Shown here piece after piece: positions 10,001 through 17,222 of a stretch of DNA of 32,000 nt. This stretch comes from Bellilinea caldifistulae (lineage in GTDB: Bacteria; Chloroflexota; Anaerolineae; Anaerolineales; Anaerolineaceae): the NCBI RefSeq assembly GCF_001306055.1, contig NZ_LGHJ01000011.1:180001-212000 (forward strand). The letters are read 5' to 3'. Position 1 is the stretch's first letter; every line of letters starts with the position of its first letter. The translations under genes and the position numbers were made by a program. The notes under the pieces are model-generated. The model had not been told where the DNA came from. It ran no database searches and was given only the letters and a program-made list of their open reading frames with translations.

Positions 10001-11476
10001 CGTCATCACCCGCTCATCCTGATAACCGATCATCGCCCGCATGTGCAGGCGGCCGTCGCTTTCTGCCAGCAGCACCGAGCCTTTTTCAGCAGCCGGTATG
10101 GCATGGCAGGCCGCCTCCAGCAAACGCATCAGCAGGGACTGCAGGTCGCCCTCTTCCTGTAAAATCTGCACCACCAGCGCCTGCGCCTCCAACTCTCTTT
10201 CGCGCCGTTTTTGATCGGTAATATCCTGTGCAGCGCCGAAAATGCGCACCACGCGCTTCTGATCTTCATCCCACACCGGCAGGCCGTGATCGCGCAGCCA
10301 GCGCACTGAACCGTCTTTGCGCACAATCCGGAACTCACTGGTATCCTGCCGGCCGCTCATCAAGCGTTCTGCCCGGCACAACGCAACCGGCATATCCGGC
10401 GGGTAAATCAGCGCCTGCCAGCCGCCGCGCGCTTCCGATTCTTCCGGCGTAAAGCCGGTTATCCGCTCAAAGCCGCCGGCCACCCATTCGCGCTTCAGGC
10501 TGCCGTCTTCAAGCACTTCAAAGGCATAGGCGTAGTCCGAAATCATCTCGGAAATGGTGCGGTAACGTGCTTCGCTGTGGTTAAGCGTATCAACCGCCTG
10601 CTGGCGTTCGGTTATATCCTCAATTGCCAGCAGAATAAAGCGGGTGCGGTTATCTTCGTGGTAGATGCGGCGGGCATTCAGCAGCATGGTACGCCGTCCA
10701 ATCCCGGGAAAATCATGGCGCACTTCATAATTCTCAAAACGCGTATTGCCCGGCAGAATATCTTCCAGCAAACGGCGCAGTTCGGGAATGTTCCACTGAC
10801 CATTGCCGAGTTCGTACAACAGCCGGTTTTCGGTTGCTATCGGCGTGGTCTGAAACAACCGGTAGAAGGCCGGGTTGGCGCGCACCACCCGCAAATCACC
10901 GTCCAGCACAATCAACGGCTCACGCACCGTTTCGACAATCCCCTCGGCAAAGCGACGAGCTTCGTCAACCGCCTTTTGAGCCGCCCGTTCGGCGCTTTGA
11001 TCGCGGAAAATCAGCACCACCCCGCGGATGGTGCCGCCCTCCCCGCGGATCGGAGCGCCCGAATCGGCAATCGGCAATTCGCTGCCGTCACGGCGGAGGA
11101 GCAGAGTGTGATTGGCCAGCCCAACCACCACTCCTTCGCGCAAAACCCGCCGCACCGGGCTTTCAACCGGCTGGCGGGTTTCCTCGTTGATGATGCGGAA
11201 GATGTCTTCCAGCGGCTTGCCTCTGGCTTCGGCTTCGCTCCAGCCGGTCAGCGACTCGGCAGCCGGGTTGAGCAGGGTGATCTTCCCGTTTTCGTCGCAG
11301 GTGATCACCGCATCCCCAATACTGTACAGGATGGCACGCAGAAGAGCCTCGCGTTCCTGCAATTCCTGATAGAGCGTCAGCAGTTCGCTGAGCGGCACTC
11401 GATTGGAGGAAAAGTACTCGGATGAGACCCGACCCATAAATTTACCTGAATGGGATTGGATGCTTCTCCACCGCAA
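7076..11476 (-). CDS. Multi-sensor c-di-GMP phosphodiesterase: about 3 PAS + 5 GAF + C-terminal HD-GYP domain (1466 aa)
   Basis: HDIGK is present, and HHEKWDGTGYP was verified at nt 7301-7333. N-terminal PAS-type segments are present. Five GAF-sized blocks are separated by recurring helical linkers. The start is uncertain: TTG at 11476 or ATG 13 codons downstream. Confidence 0.85.
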   Translation of the reverse strand: MRWRSIQSHSGKFMGRVSSEYFSSNRVPLSELLTLYQELQEREALLRAILYSIGDAVITCDENGKITLLNPAAESLTGWSEAEARGKPLEDIFRIINEETRQPVESPVRRVLREGVVVGLANHTLLLRRDGSELPIADSGAPIRGEGGTIRGVVLIFRDQSAERAAQKAVDEARRFAEGIVETVREPLIVLDGDLRVVRANPAFYRLFQTTPIATENRLLYELGNGQWNIPELRRLLEDILPGNTRFENYEVRHDFPGIGRRTMLLNARRIYHEDNRTRFILLAIEDITERQQAVDTLNHSEARYRTISEMISDYAYAFEVLEDGSLKREWVAGGFERITGFTPEESEARGGWQALIYPPDMPVALCRAERLMSGRQDTSEFRIVRKDGSVRWLRDHGLPVWDEDQKRVVRIFGAAQDITDQKRRERELEAQALVVQILQEEGDLQSLLMRLLEAACHAIPAAEKGSVLLAESDGRLHMRAMIGYQDERVMTASFPMDSGYSARAFRLNQPLVIEDARAHAETRYDGEIAEMATVQSAIVAPLAVKGRAIGVLALDNCSLKFAFSDQDLQVLTTFAATAGLVIERTRLFEETQQRLKELQTLQQVSAALSQSDSVEDMTHIFVEHAVHSVDARAGSIYLLDEQTNELTARGWYNPRGEWIEGLERVFHQQLGEGVVGKVAASGEAYTFEDWRSDPHTVLKPGEEELLQPVRGGVALPLRAGARTIGVMNIWFERARMVTETERRLLAAIADMAGNALQRAHLNEQTHQRLAELSVLHSVSQALLLSGMEAEAVYEAIHQAVAQLMPCEAFTIVLVDAATSEYLAVYLYDKGGRFPPRRIPHGSGLSGRVIEQGRTLVIEDYPLSNLPAVHFGDPESVRSILAVPLRQGRRVLGMISAQSYQPAAYTSAHTRLLETLAAQFATTLENVRLFGETRQRLRELELIAHLSSELRRATTRAELLPVLLEQLMTRMKVDGAVLETVHPLSGDVTIELGVGIWESLTGEIIPAGQGLSAVILQSGKSYLNNDAHHDPRVYFPQQLGDCASIAGVPLRADDTINGLLWVGSCRRLDEDDLRLLHSVADMAASALLRLQLHEETRRRVEQLQALQAIDRVITSSLDLHFSLDALLEQTLLHLKMDAAGVLLFNPTTLMLEYAAGRGFRTRYYQKARLHLGESQAGMAALERRIVHCGDLSVAEPPFIHPQWVEEEGFVSYCGVPLVAKGQVKGVLEVFSRSPFEPQEEWLGFFEAISRQAAIAIENAQLFENLQRSNLDLSLAYEATIEGWSRALDLRDKETEGHTRRVADLTLLMAERIGLDPAQVAHVRRGALLHDIGKMGIPDAILLKPGPLTDEEWEIMRKHPLYAYQMLYPVQYLRPALDIPYCHHEKWDGTGYPRGLKGEEIPLAARIFAVADVWDALTSDRPYRPAWPQAKALNHIREQAGTHFDPRVVKVFFEVIEDFLATEAAAE

Positions 11477-11727
11477 TCCTTCCCTGCAGGCGTTGTTGAC
11501 CGGGTTTCACCTTAGCGTTGATTCAACCACCCTGAAAAGAGAAAACAGCGGGAGAGGAAGGAATGAGATGAACGGATTGAACCTTTTTTAAGATACCACA
11601 AATCATACTGAAAACAAGAGCCAGTTTGAAAACTGTAAGGATTCTCAACCAGCGACTATTCGCCCGCTGTCGGGAACGGTCATCACACGGCAGGATGCAA
11701 GCCTGATGATTGCCTTGCATGTCGGTT

Positions 11728-13269
11728 TCAGACTGCGCTTTGGTTGCGGCCATTGTTCTTGGCACGGTAGAGCGCCTGATCGGCGGCGCGCATCAGATCA
11801 TCCATCCCCACACTCCCGTCCACACATGCCGCGTACACCCCAAAACTGGCGCTGACCCGGATGGTTGGGACAGCCTTGAGCGGCTCACAGGCAGCAACCT
11901 GAGCGCGCAGGCGCTCGGCAACCTGCCAGGCAGCCGGCCGGTCGGCGCCGGGCAGAAAGACCACAAACTCATCCCCGCCCCAACGGCCAATCACGTCCTC
12001 GTCGCGCAGGGCTTTCGGCAGGCACTCGCCAACACAGCGCAGGACGGTATCCCCCGCCTGATGTCCGTAGGAATCGTTGATCTCTTTGAAGTGGTCTAAA
12101 TCCATCAGCACAATCCCCAGCCAGCCGCCGTTGCTGCTCAGTTGCTCGATCAAGCGGCTGCCGATTTGCATGATGGAGCGCCGGTTGAGTAAACCGGTCA
12201 GTTCATCGGTGCTGGCCTGCTCATCCAGCCGGCGAATGAGGCGGGTTGTTTCGCTGATATCGGTAATCAAAACGGCACAGCCGCCCTGCCGGCCGAGAGT
12301 GTCCTTCAACAGGTAGGAGCGCGCCCGGTAACTGCGCAGATTGCCGTTTTGATCCTCGGTTGAAAATTCTGTCTCCCCTCCCGAATTTTGCAGGCTATGA
12401 AACACAAAGCCGGACAGAACACCATCACGGGGGAACATCTGCCCTATTTTCAACCCTGCCAGGCCCGGCAAGTCAATCGCCGCCCGGTTGAGGTCTATGA
12501 CACGCCCGGTATAGTCCACAACGATCAACGCCTCTCCAACCGTGTCCAGCGCCAGTTCGCGCGCCGCCGGGACAATCTCAAACAAGCCATAACGAAACAA
12601 CGCTGCCCAAAAGAACAACACCGAGAGCGAAAGGGCGAACGGGCCGACGTCAATCCCGTACGGGATCTTTCCGGCAGCAAAAAGATAACCACCCACAATT
12701 GGGATGAGTGCGCCCAGCCCCAGCACAATCATCTGGCTGCGGCGGCGGCCTTCAGCCCGCCTGGCATGCCAGAACAACAGGATTGGCGAAAGGCTGCCAG
12801 CCAGGAGCAGGTACGCAAGATGCACCTTGTACCACGGGCCGCGCTCAAAAACCAGTCCGGGGAAATAATTGCCGCTTTCTATGCGGGGAGAGATGTAGTA
12901 CAACGAATGGAAGTTGACAGTCCACACCAATCCCAAGGTGATGAACGAAACCGTCAGCAGTCCCGCAACAACGGCGCGGTTGAGGGGTTTGTTTCTCACA
13001 AAACGAAAGGTGAAGATCAAAATCAACGGCGGCAGAAAAGCCAGTCCAAGGTATTCAACCCGGATCGCCCAAAGCACATCTTCGAGGTTATTGCGGCTGA
13101 TTTCAACGGCATATCCCAGCGAGTAGATAGCCGTTGCCCACGTCAGCAGCCCAAATTCCAAAGCCCCCGGTTGACGATGACGCAGGGATGACCAGGCCGC
13201 CAGGTAAGCGCACATGATACCGGAAAGCAGCAAGAGAAAAATAATTATCAGGGGCGGAGAAGTATGCAA
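11728..13269 (-). CDS. Membrane diguanylate cyclase: N-terminal 7-TM sensor region, PAS, GGDEF
   Basis: GGDEF was verified at nt 11965-11979 (GGCGGGGATGAGTTT on the minus strand). An RDED motif sits five residues upstream (I-site RxxD). The N-terminal ~230 aa form multiple hydrophobic helices resembling the HisKA_7TM type. The TTG start at 13269 is uncertain. Confidence 0.85.
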   Translation of the reverse strand: MHTSPPLIIIFLLLLSGIMCAYLAAWSSLRHRQPGALEFGLLTWATAIYSLGYAVEISRNNLEDVLWAIRVEYLGLAFLPPLILIFTFRFVRNKPLNRAVVAGLLTVSFITLGLVWTVNFHSLYYISPRIESGNYFPGLVFERGPWYKVHLAYLLLAGSLSPILLFWHARRAEGRRRSQMIVLGLGALIPIVGGYLFAAGKIPYGIDVGPFALSLSVLFFWAALFRYGLFEIVPAARELALDTVGEALIVVDYTGRVIDLNRAAIDLPGLAGLKIGQMFPRDGVLSGFVFHSLQNSGGETEFSTEDQNGNLRSYRARSYLLKDTLGRQGGCAVLITDISETTRLIRRLDEQASTDELTGLLNRRSIMQIGSRLIEQLSSNGGWLGIVLMDLDHFKEINDSYGHQAGDTVLRCVGECLPKALRDEDVIGRWGGDEFVVFLPGADRPAAWQVAERLRAQVAACEPLKAVPTIRVSASFGVYAACVDGSVGMDDLMRAADQALYRAKNNGRNQSAV

Positions 13270-13396
13270 TCTTAACTTTTTTCGCAGAGAAAGAAAATCG
13301 TCAACCTCGACTCATCCTAATTATAGACAGTTTTGGGCGTTTTTCCGTAAATATTGAGTGAATCAGGTCGCAAAAACCAATCTCCGCCGCCAGTTT

Positions 13397-13425
13397 TTGA
13401 TATTCTTTTTACGCTTCGCTAATAT
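13397..13425 (+). promoter_or_regulatory. Sigma70-type promoter for the Hsp20 operon
   Basis: TTGATA (13397-13402), a 17-nt spacer and TAATAT (13420-13425), about 77 nt upstream of the first ATG. Confidence 0.55.
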
Positions 13426-13502
13426 TTTTCATAGACTCTTGCGCTACTTAATAAAACGCATGAACAAAAAAACAACCACCTGATAGAAAGGAGGGATGGC
13501 TT

Positions 13503-13976
13503 ATGTTGGAACCTCTGTTTCCCTGGCGTGAGATGCGCCGCATGGAGCGCGAAATGGATCGCATGCAGCGCGAGATGGAGCGCATGTTCGACACCTTCTT
13601 CCCTCGCCGCCGACGCTGGATGGAGGTTGAATTCCCGCCTTTGAACATCTGGACGAATAACGATCAGGCGGTCGTCACCGCCGAACTGCCCGGCATCCAG
13701 CCCGAAGAACTGGAACTGTCGGTCAACAACGATACCCTCATTCTGCGCGGCAAGCGAGTAGCCAATGACCTGCCGGAAGGCGCCCGCTATCAACGTCGTG
13801 AGCGCTTCCAGGGTGAGTTTGCCCGCTCCCTGCAATTGCCGTTTGCCATTGATGCTGACAAAGTGGAAGCCCATTACGAAAACGGCGTGCTGACCATCAC
13901 CCTGCCGCGCGCCGAAGCCGATAAACCCAAACGCATTGCCGTCCACGCTGGCCAATCCAACGGAAAGGAGGGATGA
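13503..13976 (+). CDS. Small heat-shock protein, Hsp20/alpha-crystallin family (paralog 1)
   Basis: GGAGGG lies 8 nt upstream. Alpha-crystallin core: AVVTAELPGI...LILRGKR...GEFARSLQLP...ENGVLTITLPR. C-terminal I-A-V anchoring motif. Confidence 0.9.
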   Translation: MLEPLFPWREMRRMEREMDRMQREMERMFDTFFPRRRRWMEVEFPPLNIWTNNDQAVVTAELPGIQPEELELSVNNDTLILRGKRVANDLPEGARYQRRERFQGEFARSLQLPFAIDADKVEAHYENGVLTITLPRAEADKPKRIAVHAGQSNGKEG

Positions 13977-13979
13977 GCC

Positions 13980-14381
13980 ATGTCTGACGAAAGCCGCGCC
14001 ATTCAAGTCCAACAGGAACAGCGTCCCGCCGTCCGCGAAAGCCGCAGCCGACGCGTCTTCGCTCCGGCGGTGGACATCGTCGAAACCAACGATGAGATTC
14101 TGGTGCTGGCGGATATGCCCGGTGTCCGTCAGGATGATTTAGAGGTGATTCTCGAAAAGAACGTCCTCACCATCCGCGGCACGGTGCAGATGCCCCACAT
14201 GCAGGAATACGACCTTGAATACGCCGAGTACGAAGGCGGCGATTACGAGCGGGTCTTCACCCTCGCGGATGATATTGACCGCGACAAAATCGAAGCCGAA
14301 ATGAAACAAGGCGTACTGCATCTGCGCCTGCCCAAAGCCGGCCCGGCTCGCATCCGCCGCATACCGGTCAAAACCTCATAA
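13980..14381 (+). CDS. Small heat-shock protein, Hsp20/alpha-crystallin family (paralog 2, short N-terminal arm)
   Basis: It starts 3 nt after the paralog 1 stop, with GGAGGG upstream. Core: ILVLADMPGV...LTIRG...YERVFTL...KQGVLHLRLPK. C-terminal I-P-V motif. Confidence 0.9.
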   Translation: MSDESRAIQVQQEQRPAVRESRSRRVFAPAVDIVETNDEILVLADMPGVRQDDLEVILEKNVLTIRGTVQMPHMQEYDLEYAEYEGGDYERVFTLADDIDRDKIEAEMKQGVLHLRLPKAGPARIRRIPVKTS

Positions 14382-14415
14382 AGAATAAACCCCTGACCGA
14401 AAGGAGGTGAAAGGT

Positions 14416-14919
14416 ATGCCGATCACCGACTTGATTCCCTTCCGACCGAAACGCTCGCTGGCCATCCGCCGCGAGAATGACCAGCCGCGCGCGCTGATGC
14501 GGGACTTCGACCGCTGGTTCGATTCCTTCTTCGAACGGCCCTGGTCGCTGATGCCGTGGCGCCTCTTCGATGAGGAATGGGAGACCTTCACGCCCAGCGT
14601 AGATGTCAAAGAAACCGATAAGAAAGTGATCATCACCGCCGAACTGCCCGGACTGGATGAGAAGGACATCGAAATCACCGTCAGTGGTGATGCTCTCATC
14701 CTGCGCGGTGAAAAACGGCAAGAGGAAGAAGAAAAAGGCGAAGATTACTACCGCATGGAGCGGCGCTACGGATCGTTCCAGCGCGTCATCCCGCTGCCGT
14801 GCGAGGTGGAAGTGGATAAAGCCGATGCCACCTTCCGCAAGGGCGTACTGACCATCAACCTGCCCAAAACGCCCGAAGCCCAAAGCGCGCGCAAAGTCAT
14901 CCCGATCAAATCCAGTTGA
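14416..14919 (+). CDS. Small heat-shock protein, Hsp20/alpha-crystallin family (paralog 3)
   Basis: I prefer the ATG at 14416 (MPITDL...), 8 nt after AAGGAGG; the track start at 14407 is a GTG inside the RBS. Core: VIITAELPGL...LILRGEK...GSFQRVIPLP...KGVLTINLPK. C-terminal I-P-I motif. Confidence 0.9.
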   Translation: MPITDLIPFRPKRSLAIRRENDQPRALMRDFDRWFDSFFERPWSLMPWRLFDEEWETFTPSVDVKETDKKVIITAELPGLDEKDIEITVSGDALILRGEKRQEEEEKGEDYYRMERRYGSFQRVIPLPCEVEVDKADATFRKGVLTINLPKTPEAQSARKVIPIKSS

Positions 14920-14940
14920 CCTCATGCAGCAAATCCGCTC

Positions 14941-14975
14941 AGGCTGCCCCGCAAGCGGGGCAGCCTCTTTTTGTT
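14941..14975 (+). terminator. Intrinsic terminator of the Hsp20 operon
   Basis: AGGCTGCCCC-GCAAGC-GGGGCAGCCT forms a 10-bp GC-rich stem, followed by CTTTTTGTT. Confidence 0.8.
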
Positions 14976-15029
14976 AATCTTCCAATTCTTAAAAAATGGT
15001 GTATTTCTCGTTTTTACCTGCCTGCCCTA

Positions 15030-15058
15030 TTGGAATCGCCCTTCACTCGGCGTAAAAT
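15030..15058 (+). promoter_or_regulatory. Sigma70-type promoter for xpt-guaA
   Basis: TTGGAA (15030-15035), a 17-nt spacer and TAAAAT (15053-15058). The -10 ends 35 nt before the ATG at 15094. Confidence 0.5.
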
Positions 15059-15093
15059 AATGTCCATACAATACTTTTTTGGGAGAGGAACGT

Positions 15094-15666
15094 ATGCAGG
15101 CACTCAAAGAGCGAATTTTGAAAGAAGGCAAAAATCTGGGGGGCGGCATCCTCAAAGTGGACAGTTTCATCAATCATCAGGTTGATCCCGTCTTGATGGA
15201 CGCCTGCGGCGCCGAACTGGCCAAACGTTTTGCCCACGTCGGCGCAACCCGCGTGCTGACCGCCGAGATTTCCGGCATCGGCCCGGCGCTGATGACCGCC
15301 AGGCACCTCGGCGTGCCGGTGGTCTACGCCCGCAAAACCAAGCCGATCACCATGCCGGATACGGTTTACCTGACCATTGCTCCATCCCACACCCGCGGGC
15401 GACCGGTGGAATTGATTGTTTCCCCGGAGTATCTGGCTTCCGGTGAGCGGGTGTTGATCATTGACGACTTCCTCGCTTCCGGCGCAACCATTTTGGGTCT
15501 GGTGCGTCTGACTCAGGCAGCCGGCGCCGATGTGGTCGGCATTGGCGCGCTCATCGAAAAAACCTTCGAGGGCGGACGCGACGCCCTCGCCTTCCTCAAC
15601 GTGCCGATTGTCTCACTGGCCTGCATCGTTTCAATGGTGGAAGGGAAAATCGTCTTCGCTCCATGA
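15094..15666 (+). CDS. xpt: Xanthine phosphoribosyltransferase
   Basis: It aligns by eye along its whole length with Bacillus Xpt: [22 protein letters not shown] and the PRPP loop [14 protein letters not shown] 15094 lies 5 nt after GGGAGAGGA. Confidence 0.88.
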   Translation: MQALKERILKEGKNLGGGILKVDSFINHQVDPVLMDACGAELAKRFAHVGATRVLTAEISGIGPALMTARHLGVPVVYARKTKPITMPDTVYLTIAPSHTRGRPVELIVSPEYLASGERVLIIDDFLASGATILGLVRLTQAAGADVVGIGALIEKTFEGGRDALAFLNVPIVSLACIVSMVEGKIVFAP

Positions 15667-17219
15667 CCGATGCCATTGCTGTTTTGGATTTTGGCTCGCA
15701 ATACGCCCAGCTGATTGCCCGACGCGTGCGCGAAGCGCAGGTCTATTGCGAATTGTTCCCGTGGGACACCCCCGCGGAACGGGTACTGGCGATTCAACCG
15801 CGCGGCTTCATCCTCTCCGGCGGGCCAGCCTCCGTCTATGAGCCGGATGCCCCATCCATACCCGCCTATGTCCTCCAATCCGGTTTACCGGTGCTGGGCA
15901 TTTGCTACGGGATGCAAGCCCTGACCCACGCCCTTGGCGGCATCGTGGCTCCGGCTGCGCAACGAGAATACGGCCCGGCTCAGGTCGAGACGCTCAGGCC
16001 CAACCCGCTGCTCCCGCCGGGCAGTCATCCGGTGTGGATGTCGCACGGCGACCGCATTGAACAGCCGCCGCCCGGCTTCGAGGTGCTGGCGCGCAGCCTC
16101 AACAGTCCGATTGCTGCCATCGGCGACCCCCAGCGCGCCCTTTACGGCGTACAGTTCCACCCGGAAGTGCATCACACCCCCGGCGGGGCGGAGATGCTGC
16201 GCCGCTTTGTGGTGGAGATTTGCGGCTGTCGGCCGGACTGGACCCCCCAAACCATCATCGAACAGGCTGTCAGCCGCATCCGCCAGCAGGTCGGCGGGCA
16301 GCGGGTGCTTTCAGCGGTCAGCGGCGGGGTGGATTCGAGCGTGGCGACGGCGCTGGTGCAGCGCGCCGTCGGCAATCAGTTGATTGCCGTCTTTGTGGAT
16401 ACCGGTTTGCTGCGGCACGGCGAACGCGAGCAGGTGGAGCGGGCTTTCCGCCGTTCACTGGGCGAAAACCTGATTGTGGTGGACGCCGCCGCTGACTTTT
16501 TGAACGCTCTGGCAGATGTGGAAGAACCGGAGGAGAAACGGCGCATCATCGGTGAAACGTTCATCCGCATCTTCGAGCGCGAAGCCCGCCGCTTGGGCAA
16601 AATCCCCTATCTGGTGCAGGGTACCATCTACCCGGATGTGATCGAATCGGCCGCACCCGACCGCAGCAAGGCGCAGCGCATTAAAACGCATCACAACGTC
16701 GGCGGGCTGCCGGCCGAATTTGACTTTGAACTGGTTGAGCCGCTGCGCTACCTGTTCAAGGACGAAGTGCGCATTGTTGGCGAAGCGCTCGGCCTGCCGG
16801 AAGAACTGGTTTGGCGGCAGCCCTTCCCCGGCCCCGGGCTGGCAGTACGTTGCCTGGGGCAAATCACCGCCGAACGGCTGGAACGCCTGCGCGCCGCCGA
16901 TCACATCTTCACCACCGAACTGGCACAGGCCGGCCTGCTGGGGCGCACCCCGCCCGGCAGCCCTCAACGCATTGCGCAAGCCTTTGCCGTGCTGCTGCCG
17001 GTGCGTTCGGTCGGCGTGATGGGCGACCAGCGCACCTATCAGGAAGTGGTTGCCCTGCGCGCCGTGACAACGCTGGATTTTATGACCGCGGATTGGGCCG
17101 ATTTACCGCATGAACTGCTGGCACGGGTAGCCAACCGCATCGTCAACGAAGTCAACGGCGTCAACCGGGTGGTGTACGACATCACCAGCAAGCCACCGGC
17201 GACGATCGAGTGGGAATGA
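15663..17219 (+). CDS. guaA: GMP synthase (glutamine-hydrolysing)
   Basis: The GATase catalytic Cys context (VLGICYGMQ) and the ATP-pyrophosphatase P-loop (SGGVDSS) are present. It is 518 aa with the conserved C-terminus PPATIEWE, and has an ATGA overlap with xpt. Confidence 0.95.
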   Translation: MTDAIAVLDFGSQYAQLIARRVREAQVYCELFPWDTPAERVLAIQPRGFILSGGPASVYEPDAPSIPAYVLQSGLPVLGICYGMQALTHALGGIVAPAAQREYGPAQVETLRPNPLLPPGSHPVWMSHGDRIEQPPPGFEVLARSLNSPIAAIGDPQRALYGVQFHPEVHHTPGGAEMLRRFVVEICGCRPDWTPQTIIEQAVSRIRQQVGGQRVLSAVSGGVDSSVATALVQRAVGNQLIAVFVDTGLLRHGEREQVERAFRRSLGENLIVVDAAADFLNALADVEEPEEKRRIIGETFIRIFEREARRLGKIPYLVQGTIYPDVIESAAPDRSKAQRIKTHHNVGGLPAEFDFELVEPLRYLFKDEVRIVGEALGLPEELVWRQPFPGPGLAVRCLGQITAERLERLRAADHIFTTELAQAGLLGRTPPGSPQRIAQAFAVLLPVRSVGVMGDQRTYQEVVALRAVTTLDFMTADWADLPHELLARVANRIVNEVNGVNRVVYDITSKPPATIEWE

Positions 17220-17222
17220 AAC

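Noticed and set aside
7151-11425. Long + strand ORFs (300, 346, 161 and 282 aa and others) antisense to the HD-GYP gene.
   Set aside because: The translations are low-complexity and rich in Q, R, H, P and G, with no motifs, as expected for antisense frames in GC-rich coding DNA. The opposite strand encodes a clearly conserved multi-domain protein.
6643-11727. A c-di-GMP riboswitch (GEMM-I/II) in the leaders of the lipoprotein gene (6643-6776) or between the cyclase and phosphodiesterase genes (11477-11727).
   Set aside because: The conserved GEMM core strings, such as ACGCAAAGC and the GGCAAACC-type tetraloop-receptor segments, are absent. Only trivial 5-7 bp hairpins are present.
13270-13502. 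Searched the hsp20 upstream region, and the clpC upstream region at 23191-23345, for CIRCE (TTAGCACTC-N9-GAGTGCTAA), HAIR (CTTGAGT-N7-ACTCAAG) and CtsR boxes.
   Set aside because: Only a single TTGAGTG half-site occurs, near 13355, with no inverted partner. No credible match to any of the three operators was found.
1329-14925. Antisense ORFs in the left half: 1329-2111(-), 4094-4681(+), 12388-13191(+), 13419-14012(-) and 14368-14925(-).
   Set aside because: Same reasoning. They mirror lysJ, the SDR, the GGDEF gene and the Hsp20 genes, and they have no support of their own.
14976-15093. A possible guanine/purine riboswitch upstream of xpt. TTTTTACC and CGTAAAATAATGTCC vaguely recall the J2-3 and L3 segments.
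   Set aside because: The spacing between these pieces is about 35 nt rather than about 6. No P1/P2/P3 helices can be drawn. The best promoter (15030-15058) lies downstream of most of the candidate sequence.
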